Origin: Oikopleura dioica
Lineage: Eukaryota > Animalia > Chordata
Length of the DNA: 64,000 nucleotides
Direction of reading: 5' to 3'
NCBI GenBank assembly: GCA_907165135.1
Contig: OU015569.1
Span: 806,001 to 870,000, forward strand
The translations under genes were made by a program, and so were the position numbers. The notes below the pieces were generated by a model. The model was not told where the DNA came from, made no database searches, and worked only from the letters and a program-made list of their open reading frames with translations. This document shows positions 19,328 to 31,429 of the stretch, in pieces; position 1 is the stretch's first letter, and every line of letters starts with the position of its first letter.

Positions 19328-22300
19328 ATGGGGATTTTTGGTTGCTGCTCAGACTCTTCAAAAGAGCGCGAAAAAGAATTAGGAACCGGGCGCGCTCTAA
19401 GCTTTTTTATGTTGCCGGTCTTGGGCCCAAGTGCAAATAGCAGATATATCTTCCATAAAGGGATTTTTTTAATCGAAATAGAGCAGCCCGAGAAGATGAC
19501 CGTGAGAAGGTACTTGACAATCGCGAACGAGAGGTGCGCGAGAGAGAGAACAAACTTCAGAAAGACACGAAAAAGCTTGAAGACCAGAAGAAAAATAATC
19601 AAGGGCTCAACAATGAAAGTTTCCGACAGGAATGGCTTTTAGGATTTATCAGTAGCTGAATTTGCTCGGGTGAAAATCGAAGATGTTTAATGTGGGAAGT
19701 GGCTAGGCTACTTGTCGAGAAGAATGGATGAGCATTCAATTGCCATGCATTCGAGTAAATATTTGTTGAGCGTTGTCGTAAGAGCATTTTCGAGTTTTTA
19801 TGGCAAATGTAATGGCGATGTCCATCTTAATAAAATGTAGAAAAGCTAGGAAAGCAGGAAGTGCCGGCCGAAGTCGAACGCGAGCTGCAGCTTTTGCGCA
19901 GTCAGAACGCCTCGCTGACGCAAGATGTAAACAAGAAGAATAAAGGTTAGCATTCTTTGCTTTTCAGTTCCAAGGGAAGCGATCAAAGAACGGGCATAAA
20001 GTGGCCACATAAAATTCAAGAATAATAATGAATGATCTATTTTCCTCAAAATTCAAAGACGAAAAGTCTGGTTTCAAGGACATCTTTTTACTTCGATTCT
20101 AGTGCTAGAAAAATGGTCAAATAACTGGAAAATTTTCGTCTCAATCCTTTTTTTGAAATCAACAAAGATTTCAGAAATCGATGCTCTCACCAAAAAAGTC
20201 AAAGCAATATCAACCGTCCAAGAAGTAAGCGATTTGACAACAGTCTCCGTCGCTCCTCGAAGACGAATCGAGGAAGCAGCAGATCCTGTCGATGGCAAAG
20301 CAGTCGAGCTCAAGCGCGTTTCCAAATCTGCGAAGACAACGACGATGCTCAAGACGGCGCTGCGAAACTGTGACTTGCTCAAAGCTCTGGATATCACACA
20401 CATTGAGGCGATCGTGGAAGTTATGCAGCAGACTTCTTACAAAAAGGACGATGTTGTCATTAGGATAGTTTCGAAATATTCTTTTCCTACAATTGGGCTT
20501 TTTAAAGATGAGCTTATGAACTTGAAATGTCGAAACGAAAATAAAGGGAAGGCACTGATGCAGTAGAAATGTACGTTCTTGAGCATGGAGAAGTAGAAGT
20601 AAGCCATGACGAGGGGGATGGACGCCGTCAGGTTATTCACAAGATGAAAGCTGGAGCGACTCTTGGTGAAATCGCGTTGCTCTTCAACACGAAACGAACG
20701 GCAAATGTAATCGCAACGATGAACTGCACAATTTGGAGCATCAATCGTGCGCAATTCAAGAAGATCATGCAGAACACCAACGAAACTGAATATATTGACA
20801 GGTAATAACATCAAAATCAAGCATTTCAAAGATGATAAAACTGCAATCTAGATCGACCTTCCTCCGTCGAATCTCCATTCTTCGTCACTTGTCCGATTAT
20901 GAAGTGGCCAAGATTGCCCATGTAGCAGACCGCGAAACTTACCAAAAGAACCAGTACATTGTCCGGGAAGGCTTCGAAGGCGAAACCTTCTACATCATCG
21001 TCAAGGGTAAATGCGCGGTCTACCAGCTCGACGAAAAGACAAACAAGCAAATGTTCCTCCGAGAACTCGCCGCTGGCAGCCACTTTGGAGAAAAGGCCCT
21101 GATGAACAAGGCGAACTCGAACAAAAGGAAGGGAATCATAATTTTGAAAATATAGTGTCAGAACTAGGAAGTAGAGGGATTTACTGTGACTACAGAAATG
21201 CCAAATATTTAATGTCAGCGGTGGAAGAATGCATACACTGAGGGATTTCCGTGGCAAATTAAGCTCAGTCTTTTACTATCGTTTATTGAGCTCGCTTTGC
21301 GAAATATATTCCAGCATTACCTTTAGAAAAAGGGTTCGATTTGTTAGTAGACTTTATTCGAACAATTTTACATTTCCATGAAAGAACTGCCACTGTCCAA
21401 GCAAGCACTGAAGTCCAAGTTCTTACGCTCGAAAAGAAGGATGTTCTGCGACTGATTGGAAACATTCCCGACAACTACCCAGAACGACCCGATCCAGACC
21501 AAGGCTACGTGCAGATCAAGAAGCAACCCGAAGCGGACAAAGACCCCGACATCTCCCTTGCCAACCTTGCGACCATGTCGATCCTCGGCGAAGGCGGCTT
21601 CGGCAAGGTCGAACTCGTCAAAGTACGAAAGCAGAACCGTTTCTATGCGAGGAAGCGGGTCGCGCGAACCAAGATCAACAAGAAAGACATGGAGCTGGAG
21701 AAAACAATTATGCAAACGTCCGAGTGCAAATTCATCGTCAAGGAAAGGGCAAATATTTTTATTGCTTTGTGAGTAACTCTCTAATTTCTAAGTTAACTCG
21801 TTCGTGTTGAATTTTGTCGCGCCCTTGCAAGTTATTCTATACTCTCACTGACAGTCATTATGTTTACTTACTGATGGAGCCGTGTCTCGGTGGAGAGCTT
21901 TGGACACATCTTAAAAAACACAAGGTACGATTGTTATGTAGATGAAGTTTGACTCGCTGTTTCTAGCGTTTCCCAGAAGAGCGCGCTCAATTTTACGTAG
22001 CATGTACGATAGAAGCGATCCAGTTCTTGCATCTTCGCAAGATCGTCTACCGAGACATCAAGCCCGAGAATCTGCTGATAGATCGACACGGTTACGCGAA
22101 ACTCGCCGATTTCGGCCTTGCTCGAATCACCCAGCCCGGATCAAAGCGATGGACTTGCTGCGGAACGCCGGAATACATGGCGCCTGAAGTACTACTCAAA
22201 TACGGCCACGACTTCTCGGTCGATTACTGGGCCCTGGGAGTGCTCATTTACGAGTTAACGATGGGCGAACCGCCATTCAAGAGCCCCAAGTTCATCATGA

Positions 22301-22681
22301 AAGGAATCGACGTCGCCACCTTCCCGAACAGAATCACGCGCCCAGGAAAAGATATTGTCAAGGCACTTGTCCAGGTCAATCCCAGTAAGCGACTCGGTAA
22401 CTTCAAGGGCGGCATTGACGAGATCAAAAATCATCGATGGTTCCAGGTTAGTTTTTATTCTCTCGTTCTCTTCCTTGATTTCATGTCCAAAAATGTAGAC
22501 TTTCTTACTGTTTCCTAGCCAAAATTAGTTGAAATAACCGACTCATTTGTTCATTTCTAGGCTTTCGACTGGCAAGGACTGCAAAAAAGAACAATCAACG
22601 CGCCCTGGGAGCCAATTCTCCGCACAGACTGGGACACGCGCTACTTCGACCAGCAGAATTCGGACAGAACGACTGGCATGT
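19328..22681 (+). CDS. PRKG: cGMP-dependent protein kinase (coiled coil, two cyclic-nucleotide-binding domains, AGC kinase); last exon unresolved
   Basis: Two CNB domains ([27 protein letters not shown]; FYIIVKG..FGEKAL..KRTATV). Kinase motifs [44 protein letters not shown] and [18 protein letters not shown]. Confidence 0.92.
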
Positions 22682-23198
22682 AAACCGACCCTTACTTACT
22701 TTCTTCGTCTGCAAAACACAACTGTTGTAAATACGATTTTGTTGTCCTTGTGTTAAATTTCAACCCTGTGAAGAACCTCATTCCAGAAAATGCGCATTTT
22801 TCGAAAAAAAAACTAATTATTTTTATTATCTTATTTTCTTTATCAGAGTTCACAGTCAAAGTCATAACACTGATAACACATCACGAATAAATAAATTCTG
22901 AAAATATTCTGAAGCCCTTCCTTTTCCAATCAATTTTGAAAATCTAATTCAGAAATGAAAAGTGCTCAAAAATCCTTCGCGAAAAACGTGAAAAATCGTC
23001 ACATGCGGCGCATGGCAACGCTCCTCGTCAAGTTTCCGCAAAGGTGCGAATCAGATGACCACACTAGCTACTATTACTATTGCAAATTGAATACTCATCC
23101 CCGCGACTGGGATATTAGAGAGAGGGCTTAATTAGAGATTGTACTACCCTGGTCTTTGAATTGATTTCGCGCCTTTACAATTTATTTCAGACGAAAGA

Positions 23199-24094
23199 AT
23201 GGCTACTCGAGAAAGAACTTTCATTGCTATCAAGCCTGATGGTGTTCAGCGAGGCCTCGTTGGCAAGATCATCCAGGTACGTTCATTTCTTCCTTCGAAA
23301 ATCATAACCAAGGATGATAGGATATCCATCTACTGATATGATATCAGTGATATCGCTATTACGTGTATCTATATCATAGGCAAACTTATACTGCAATTTA
23401 GCTAGTAGCTACCAGAATAAGGTCCTTTTTATTTTTAGAAAAAGAGCCATATTCTGGTTCAAAATATGTGTATGAAATATTAGATTTTATATAGAGATCT
23501 GCTCTATAATTTATTAATTTATAGGCTATAAATAAATATAGAGCCCAATTCTGGTAGTAGAATAAATTTGTATTTATAAATAACTTATTAACTTGGTTTT
23601 TGGCAAATGGGTTTTTCCTGTGCCAGGATGTGGTAAAATAAACTTCCTAAACTTTTATTTTTAGCGATTTGAGGAGCGCGGATTCAAGATGGTCGCGCTC
23701 AAGATGTGCGCTCCTGGCCGAGCTCACCTCGAGAAGCACTACGCCGATCTTTCCAAGAAGCCATTCTTTAAGGACCTCGTCGACTACATGGTTTCCGGCC
23801 CAATCGTCTGCATGGTCTGGGAAGGTCTCAACGTCGTCAAGTGCGGCCGAATGATGCTCGGCGAGACTAACCCACAGGCTTCTCTTCCTGGCTCCATCCG
23901 AGGAGACTTCTCCATCCAGGCAAGCAACAGAAGCTGTCTCCTAACTTCTTAATCTTCAAATTTAGGTCGGTCGAAACATCTGCCACGGATCCGATTCCGT
24001 CGACTCCGCCAACCACGAAATCGCACTCTGGTTCAACAAGAACGAACTCGTCAACTGGGACTCCGCCATGTACAGCTGGATCTACGAAGAATAG
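23199..24094 (+). CDS. NME1: Nucleoside diphosphate kinase (group I, NME1/2-like)
   Basis: [38 protein letters not shown] (phospho-His) and WIYEE*; 3 exons. Confidence 0.96.
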
Positions 24095-24213
24095 AGGCTG
24101 CAAAACTATTGAGATAATCTTACTGTATTCACGCAAATACAGTAAATTGCTCAGACTCATCTTGTATTCTTCTGTCTTTCTCTCTTTTTGAATTCGCGAT
24201 CAGGACTCTCAAG

Positions 24214-25082
24214 ATGAGTCTGATCTCTTTTGCAGTCTTTCATAAGAGGAGCCAGCGCCAAAGAAACCCGTCGAGAAGGTCTCGTACCCCGAGTTGAGCG
24301 ACGCGGAAAAAGCAAAGTTGAACGGAAAGCTGCTCGATTTGCCCTACGTCTCTGGCTACACCCCAAGCCAGGAGGACGTCTTCTACTTTGTTCAAATCAA
24401 GAAAGTCGACGAGAAACTTGTCAACCTCGCCAGATGGTGGCGAAACATTGCTTCTTATGAAAGCGAGTTCGCTTCTCTTCCTGGAGAGCCAAGGTTGCCC
24501 GGCGCTGCTCCAGGTTGGTTTTAAATTAGATCCTCTTTAGACTTGATTATGTTTAGTTATCCTCCATAATTCTAGATTAGAAATGTATTTTAGCTGCTCC
24601 AGCCAAGAAGAAAGAGGAAGAAGAAGATGACGACATCGATCTCTTCGGCGATGATAGCGAAGACGAAGATGCCGCAGCTGAGCAAGAAAGAATCAAGGCC
24701 GAGCGAGTTGCCGCTTACAACGCCAAGAAAGCCGCCAAGGAAGAGAAGAAAGGCAAGATCATCGCCAAGTCGAATATCATCCTTGATATCAAGCCCTGGG
24801 ATGACGAGACCGACATGAAGGCGCTCGAGGCCGAAGTCAGGTGGGAAGCAACTTAACCGAAGCTCTTGTTGGAATCTAACCTTGTTCTTTAGAAAGATCA
24901 GCATGGACGGTCTACTCTGGGGCACTGGCAAGCTGGTCGCCATCGGCTACGGTATCAAGAAATTGCAGATCACGACAGTTGTCGAAGACGACAAGGTCTC
25001 CACCGAAGACCTTGAAGAACAAATCACCGCCTTGGAAGATTATGTTCAATCTGTTGACATTGTCGCCTTCAATAAAATCTAA
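24214..25082 (+). CDS. EEF1B2: Translation elongation factor 1-beta (start codon tentative)
   Basis: N-terminal [20 protein letters not shown], acidic [44 protein letters not shown] and [12 protein letters not shown]. Confidence 0.93.
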
Positions 25083-25103
25083 AACAACTGAAGTCAACGA
25101 TGT

Positions 25104-25112
25104 AATTTTCAG
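25104..25112 (+). promoter_or_regulatory. Candidate spliced-leader trans-splice acceptor upstream of QNG1
   Basis: TAATTTTCAG lies 5 nt before the ATG, in a 35-nt gap after the EF1beta stop. Similar TTTCAG sites precede the ATGs at 6538, 8285 and 23199. Confidence 0.55.
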
Positions 25113-25117
25113 AAAAG

Positions 25118-26432
25118 ATGGCAGATTACAGCGCAGTTAGCAGTTGTGGCAGAATAGCGCAAACTGCAGAGCATGTCAAGCTTTGGTTTCCTCGTGATTT
25201 AATTTCTGTTGTTGTAGTTTTGATAGTTGGAAAACCAAATGGCAGGTAAATGAAGCAGGAATCAAAGTCGTAGCTGCTGAAGTTGCCAAAGAGATTGGCG
25301 ACGCACTTGATGATATGCCAGCTTTTTGCAGAAAGACCTGGACGCATAATTTACGTCCGACAGTTTTGGACGAGCACGGGCTTAATTGGATATTTCTTTG
25401 CGGAAATTGGAATTATTGCTTTTGGCCTGAGGACGGAGAAATGCCCTTGACGATCAGTCACAGGGGACATACGTACAAGCGGAGCTGGGCGATGATCGCT
25501 TCGGTCACACGAGCGCTTGATGGTCGGAAAGTCGAACTGGCTGACCCGAAATGGCAGATGAAGGCCACGCGGAGTGACGTTGCCTTTATTTTCGAAGGCG
25601 ACTCTGGCAGTGGAGAAGTGCCGCTGCTCGACCAAAGAGTCAAGTCGATCAACGAGCTTGGCAAGTGGATCGACTCTTACGGCGGCCTCAAGAAAATCCT
25701 GGAACGCTGCGAAGGAAAATGTCTGAAGCTGATTGAATTGCTGTGCGAAGTAAGAGAGAACAACGCTCGAATTTTCACGAATTTAGATGCCGAACTGGAA
25801 CGACAGTTTGCTCTACGGCCCAGGCAAGAGTTTGCCAAGTTAAAATTTATTGTCAATGAGTAAACCCGAAAATTGTGAAACTCTTTTGAAAAAGTGGGAA
25901 ATGAAAGAATGTGGATTTTGAAGCGCGCCCAGCTTCTTTGCGCGGATCTGTGGTACTGTGGGATGCAGAGCGAAGAAACTGAAATTTCAAAGCTCTGTAA
26001 ATTCGAGGATATCCACCAGTTGAGTGCATTTGCAGACTACAGAATACCGCAATCGTTGGAAAGCATGGGCGCGTTAGAATATAGGTGTCGACGCTAAAAA
26101 CAGCCCTTGTCAGTTTTAACTTTTACTTCAGTGAGCATCTGAAAAAGCTGCTAAACGAGCAACACCGGTTCAAGCCAGGAGAGCAAGAAGAAGTGGAAAT
26201 CCGTGCTGTCTCCGTTCACGCCGCTCATTTGGTAGCGAATGAACTTCGGAACTGGTAACTTCCTATAACGATAACCTTCTTCTTCTCATCTTCATTCTAG
26301 CGAAGAGTTCAAAAGAAGTTTGCAAAGATCACCGACGTAATTGTCGACACCTTCCTCTGGACCTACGCCATGTTGGATAAAAACCAGTGCCAACGGCTGC
26401 CACATCATCTCTGCCGAACCGTGTTTTACTGA
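25118..26432 (+). CDS. QNG1: Queuosine 5'-phosphate N-glycosylase / queuosine salvage protein (C9orf64)
   Basis: VPLLDQRVKSINELG, KRAQLLCADLW, FEDIHQLSAFADYRIPQSL, EEVEIRA, IVDTFLW and PHHLCRTVFY*. Confidence 0.88.
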
Positions 26433-26932
26433 GCTAAAAGCCCTCTTCTTTTAGCCGGGCTCGGTAACCTGCGTGAAAACCTGAGTCAGGGTCCTGAGAG
26501 AGCTTCAACGACCATTCTTATTCAGGACCCTGACTCAGGTTTCTTCACAGGTCGCCCAGCTCTGTGGTTTAGATTTCTTTAATTTTAGAATTTTCCCTTT
26601 CATTCTGAATCAGTTAGTTTCCTTTCTTCATTCTTCCACAAATCAGTTCTTCCAAGCTTTTAATAAAATTACAAACATACGTATTATTGGAAAAGGGTGA
26701 GAAGCGTCGTTTCATACGGCGCGTCTCATAAATTAATCAAATTTCGCATTTTGAACAATGGGATTAGAGAGCTGAGTCATGTGGCCGAGGTTGAACTAGG
26801 GTGATCAAACACGCTCGAGTAGTGGTGCTGAGTCCCCCCGCTGCGCAAAAAAAACCATAAACTTTCACACACAACTCTCAGCTATTTTCTATTTTTCATT
26901 TCTCCAAGAGCAAAAATCCAAGAAAAAAAAAA

Positions 26933-29900
26933 ATGAACAACGAAGAGGAGGATCTTTCCCCACGTGGCGATCCAGAGGGAGCCTCTCTCTCTTCGAACGA
27001 AGAGGAAGATCTTCTTCCAGAGATTGACTGGTCCAAGCTTGAGTCCACTTTGACATCCAGGTAGGCATAAGTTTTAATTGCAGCTCTGGAAATTGGTGGA
27101 ATCGGTAGGTTTTGAAAAAGATTTTGAGTGGATTATTTTTGATGATATGTTGTTCGAGTTTCATTGAGAGCATTGACCCTGGGCTCGGCAACCTGAGTAG
27201 AAAACCTGAGTCAGGCTCTGGAAGAACTAAAATGAAAAGCCGCAAAGCGGCTTCGCCAAGAAACCATATAAATTTTGCGGCTTCGTTTTTAAAAAAGCCG
27301 CTACGCGGCTTTTCATTTTAGCTCTTTCAGAGCCTGACTCAGGTTTTCTACTCAGATTGCTGAGCCCAGCATTGACCGGTAGTAGAAGCGTTCAGAATTG
27401 ATTACCAGCAATCTACTAAATCAGCCATGGTTTAATTCGATTATCAAAGAGTTTTAATTGAACTTGAAGGCTTGAAGGCTTGATTGAAAATTGACTCAGC
27501 CCGGCATGCAAATTTTTGTAAAAAAAGTGCTCTAAAGAAAAAATGACTCTTCGTGTTTGGAAATTTTTAATTTCGCCGAAAATCAACAAGTCAACAACCA
27601 GCTGAAGTTGTCGCATCTTTGTTTGCTACGCAAGACTGAATAATTAGAAAGCATTTCTTGCGCTAGTTCCACGCGAGTACCAATATTCTCGAAACAAGGG
27701 AAGCAATGGACAACCACTAATTGTTGTTTACGGCGATGCTTCTTTGATTTTCGAAACCAAAGGAACAACCGGCCATTTTCCCGTGAAAGAAAATGGTGGT
27801 AAAATCAACGTGGGAAAGGTAACCGCGAATGGGCGGATTCGGGGTCGGAGAACTCCCTAATGAAAGCCGCGTAGCGGCTTTTTTAAACGAAGCTGCAGAG
27901 CGGCTTCGCAAAAGAACTTACGCGGCTTTCATCAGAGATCTTTCAGACCCTGACTCAGGATATTATCTCTATCCACTTGAGAATGCACTGTTTTGTAAAT
28001 CGTTGGGGACACCCTTAAGTTGGAGAGTAGACTCTGGGCTCAGCAAACAGTGTAGAAAACCTGAGTCAGGGTCTGAAAGATCTCTAATGAAAGCCGCGTA
28101 AGTTCTTTTGCGAAGCCGCTCTGCAGCTTCGTTTAAAAAAGCCGCTACGCGGCTTTCATTAGGGAGTTCTCCGACCTTGAATCCGCCCATAATTTAAATG
28201 ATTTAAAATGGATCTTTAGGGTACTTGCTTCCATTTGGGAAGATTGGCTGAAAAGAAAAGAGTGCGAGTAAAGTCCCTTGATCCCTCTTTAAAGTTGTGA
28301 GGCTGAATTTGGATTAGTGTTAATAATTCGAAAGGTAGTTTGTGATGGTTGGTGTCGTGTCCCTTGTCATGGGTTGATGCTCTGGCGTTTTCTTGCGCGT
28401 TAAATTTTTAATTGGCCAAGTGGAAAGATGCAAAATTAAAGAGCGCTCTCGCCCCGGGCGCGCTCAGCGGTCAGCTCAGACTTCGGCTAAAGGACTCGGC
28501 CCGGAGATCAGCAGAGAAAAAAAAGGAGGAGGAGATGATCATCCTAAATCGGTAAAATAGCAGCGGCTAATTCGCATTACGCGTGTTTAATTATTCATCC
28601 ATGATTATTTTTTATTTCGTTTTTATTTTAAATTCGTTCTTCAGCGCCCGGCCGCAAGAAGACGACGATGCCCGGCTGAGAGAAATTAGGTCCAAAGTAA
28701 GCGAGCTGGGCCACTCGAGCAACTCAAAGGTATACTTTTGGGTCGCAGCTCAAGCCAACGCCAGTATATCTAGTCATTACTGCAGAAAAACAACAGACGC
28801 AAGAAGAAAGCGAAACGCAACATGCAAGTGTTTTATGTATCAGAGCTCTCCTCGGAATCGGAAGCCTCAGGTAATGGACAACTGAAATTAAACAGAAAAC
28901 AAAGCTGCAAACCCTTTTTTCAAAAAGCCCCAATACTTTGTTTAGCTATTAAAAATTTGAAAACTTGATTGTTTTCCACCATAATTCGTACTCTTGCATT
29001 TCGGCTCAGCAACCTGGGCTCGGCAACCTGAGTAGAAAACCTGAGTCAGGGTTCTAAAAGAGCAAAATGAAAAGCCGCGTAGCGGCTTTTTTTCAAACGA
29101 AGCTGCAAAGCGGCTTCGCCAAAGCTAGCAACTCAGTCAAGAATTTTAACTTGCGAAGCCGCTTTGCGGCTTCGTTTGAAAAAAAGCCGCTACGCGGCTT
29201 TTCATTTTACTCTTTTAGAACCCTGACTCAGGATTTCATAAGTCACTTAGTTGTATCTAGAATAGTTTCAATAAAGTCGCTGTCCACGGTGCGATCAAAG
29301 GCTAATTGGCAGGCTTAGTCGCGCTGGCCAAAATTCGCAATAAATTATGCAACCGCGAGGGCTTTCTAATGAGCATTTGGGCGATCAACGGAGGAGATCC
29401 CCCTCAACGTGGCGGCTTATCCTTGCACTTCGCCGCCACTTTGGACTTGACCAAAGACCGCTGAGAGCTACAGCTGTGGCTCGATTTTTTAAAGCCTATT
29501 TTAGACAACGAATCTGACGTGCGGCGGCTGGAGAAAGCTGCCAAAGTAGCGATGGAAGATGCGCACCGCCGCGCCTGCATCGAATCCGCCACTCTCAGGT
29601 TTACTTTTCAGGCTCAATTAGACTTTCAAACGCGTTTTTTGTGCATAATTGCTAACTCTTCCCACGCTTCTAGGTCTTCCTCCAGCGCGAATACGCCGAC
29701 GAGCTATGCGCCGTCGACGCTAAACCAAATGAACCTGGCCGAGTTGGGCAACCATCACCTCTTGCTGGAGAGACGCATTGCAGAGCTCAACGACGAACTA
29801 GCAAGGGTTTTCCAAATTTCACTGGTTTTAGGGCCCCTTTTGGGAAGCACAGGGGACCTGGGCTCGGCAACCTGTGTAGAAAACCTGAGTCAGGATCCAC

Positions 29901-30648
29901 AGAAGCAAAAATAATAAGCCGCGTAGCGGCTTTTTTATCATCAAAGCCGCGAAGCGGCTTCGCTAGTATTAAGTGGTAATCTTGCGAAGCCACTTCGCGG
30001 CTTTGTTGATAAAAAAGCCGCTACGCGGCTTTTCATTTTTGCTCTTTATTCAAAAACCTGACTCAGGTTTTCTACTCAGGTTGCCAAGCCAAGCAGAGGA
30101 CCCCCTGCAGACTATCCTAAATATAGCTTGCCCAAAAATGAAATATTCCGCATATTACACCATTTCCAGCCACGTTGCTGTAAGAGGCGTTTTCCAGCCC
30201 ATTCCGAATTCGGGAGGGGCCACCGCTGACGTCAATCGACGACCACAGTGCTAGATAGGATTCAAAATCCTCACTTTCGTCTTTTTTGTCTTTATTGAAA
30301 ATAGATCCAGCTATAATTGATTCGTAAATTCGCTTTTTAGAGAATTTGAATCTCATCCTTGTCAATAATTTATTGACATTGTGGAGCTACTAAGTACTTG
30401 TTTTGGAAATAGCAATTTTGGCTCTTGCACAACAATGCGGTTAGTACTACTAATTGCTCCAGTGACCAGCAACGTAACTTAACGTGACGTGAATCGTTTT
30501 CTACGATCGCCAATCAGGGAAAACCCCGATCAAAGTAAACCTGCTGGTGAGAAGAGACGAGCTAAAGACGGAGCAAGACGCCGTGCTGGCCGACTGCGAG
30601 GACTTGCAGGCACTTCTAACCACGCTTGTAAAGGAAACGACTGTGTGA
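26933..30648 (+). CDS. SCHIP1: Schwannomin-interacting protein 1 homologue
   Basis: Ordered motifs EIDWSKLESTL, REIRSKVS, NMQVFYVSELSSESE, RRLEKAAKVAMEDA, LNQMNLAEL...RIAELNDEL and LLVRRDELKTEQDAVLADCEDL match the SCHIP1 motif order as recalled. Confidence 0.85.
27829..28190. repeat. About 131-bp inverted repeat with a 100-bp spacer, built from MITE-A parts
   Basis: Arms 27829-27959 and 28060-28190 are near-perfect reverse complements; the ORF track shows nearly identical N-termini on the two strands. Confidence 0.9.
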
Positions 30649-31429
30649 GTGTGAATGTCGCCGCGTACACTCGCAACCAAAAGCAACTCAGCCTCCTTGC
30701 CAACCTCGGCTTCGCGCTCCCACAAGCTGGGACAACTCAGTCATATCTCTGTACATATCAAAAAAAGAACAACCGTACGATGTCGATTATCATAAACGAC
30801 CCTTGAATAAATTCTACATACACTATAATTTAAATAAAATTGTTGAACTGGATTCAGCAACCTGTGTGAAAAACCTGAGTCAGGGTCTGAGAGATTTTCA
30901 ATGAAAAGCCGCGTAGCGGCTTTTAAAACGAAGCCGCAAAGCGGCTTCGCAACATTACCATCTATATCTGTTCTCAAATACTGGCGAATTATTATAGTAA
31001 TAGAAGGGGATTCCAACTTGTTTATAAATTTGCTATATTAATTATATTCTCGGCAATAGCATGACACTACGATCTGTGCATCACATGCATTCAAGATCCA
31101 TTTCTTCAATGCTCATAAAAATCTGAAACATCATATCATCACATTCCACTCTTCTTTATGGTCTTTGAGAAACGTTTTCAATCTCTTACTATCTTTTCTC
31201 AACCCTTTTGCGGGATTAAATATTCCAGCTGAAATCAGGACACGAAAAGCTTTGATTATAAATTAGTTTATTGGTACAAAGATATCTTCGATGGAGATCG
31301 GCGCAAAGCTCGTTTAAAATTTTGCATCGCGATCGTGCTCGATTAAGCAACTCGTTTTCAGCGCAGGTGAATGTACAGAAGGAAGGGAGTAACAAAAGTC
31401 GTTGGATATTTCAACAGAATTGATCAAAA

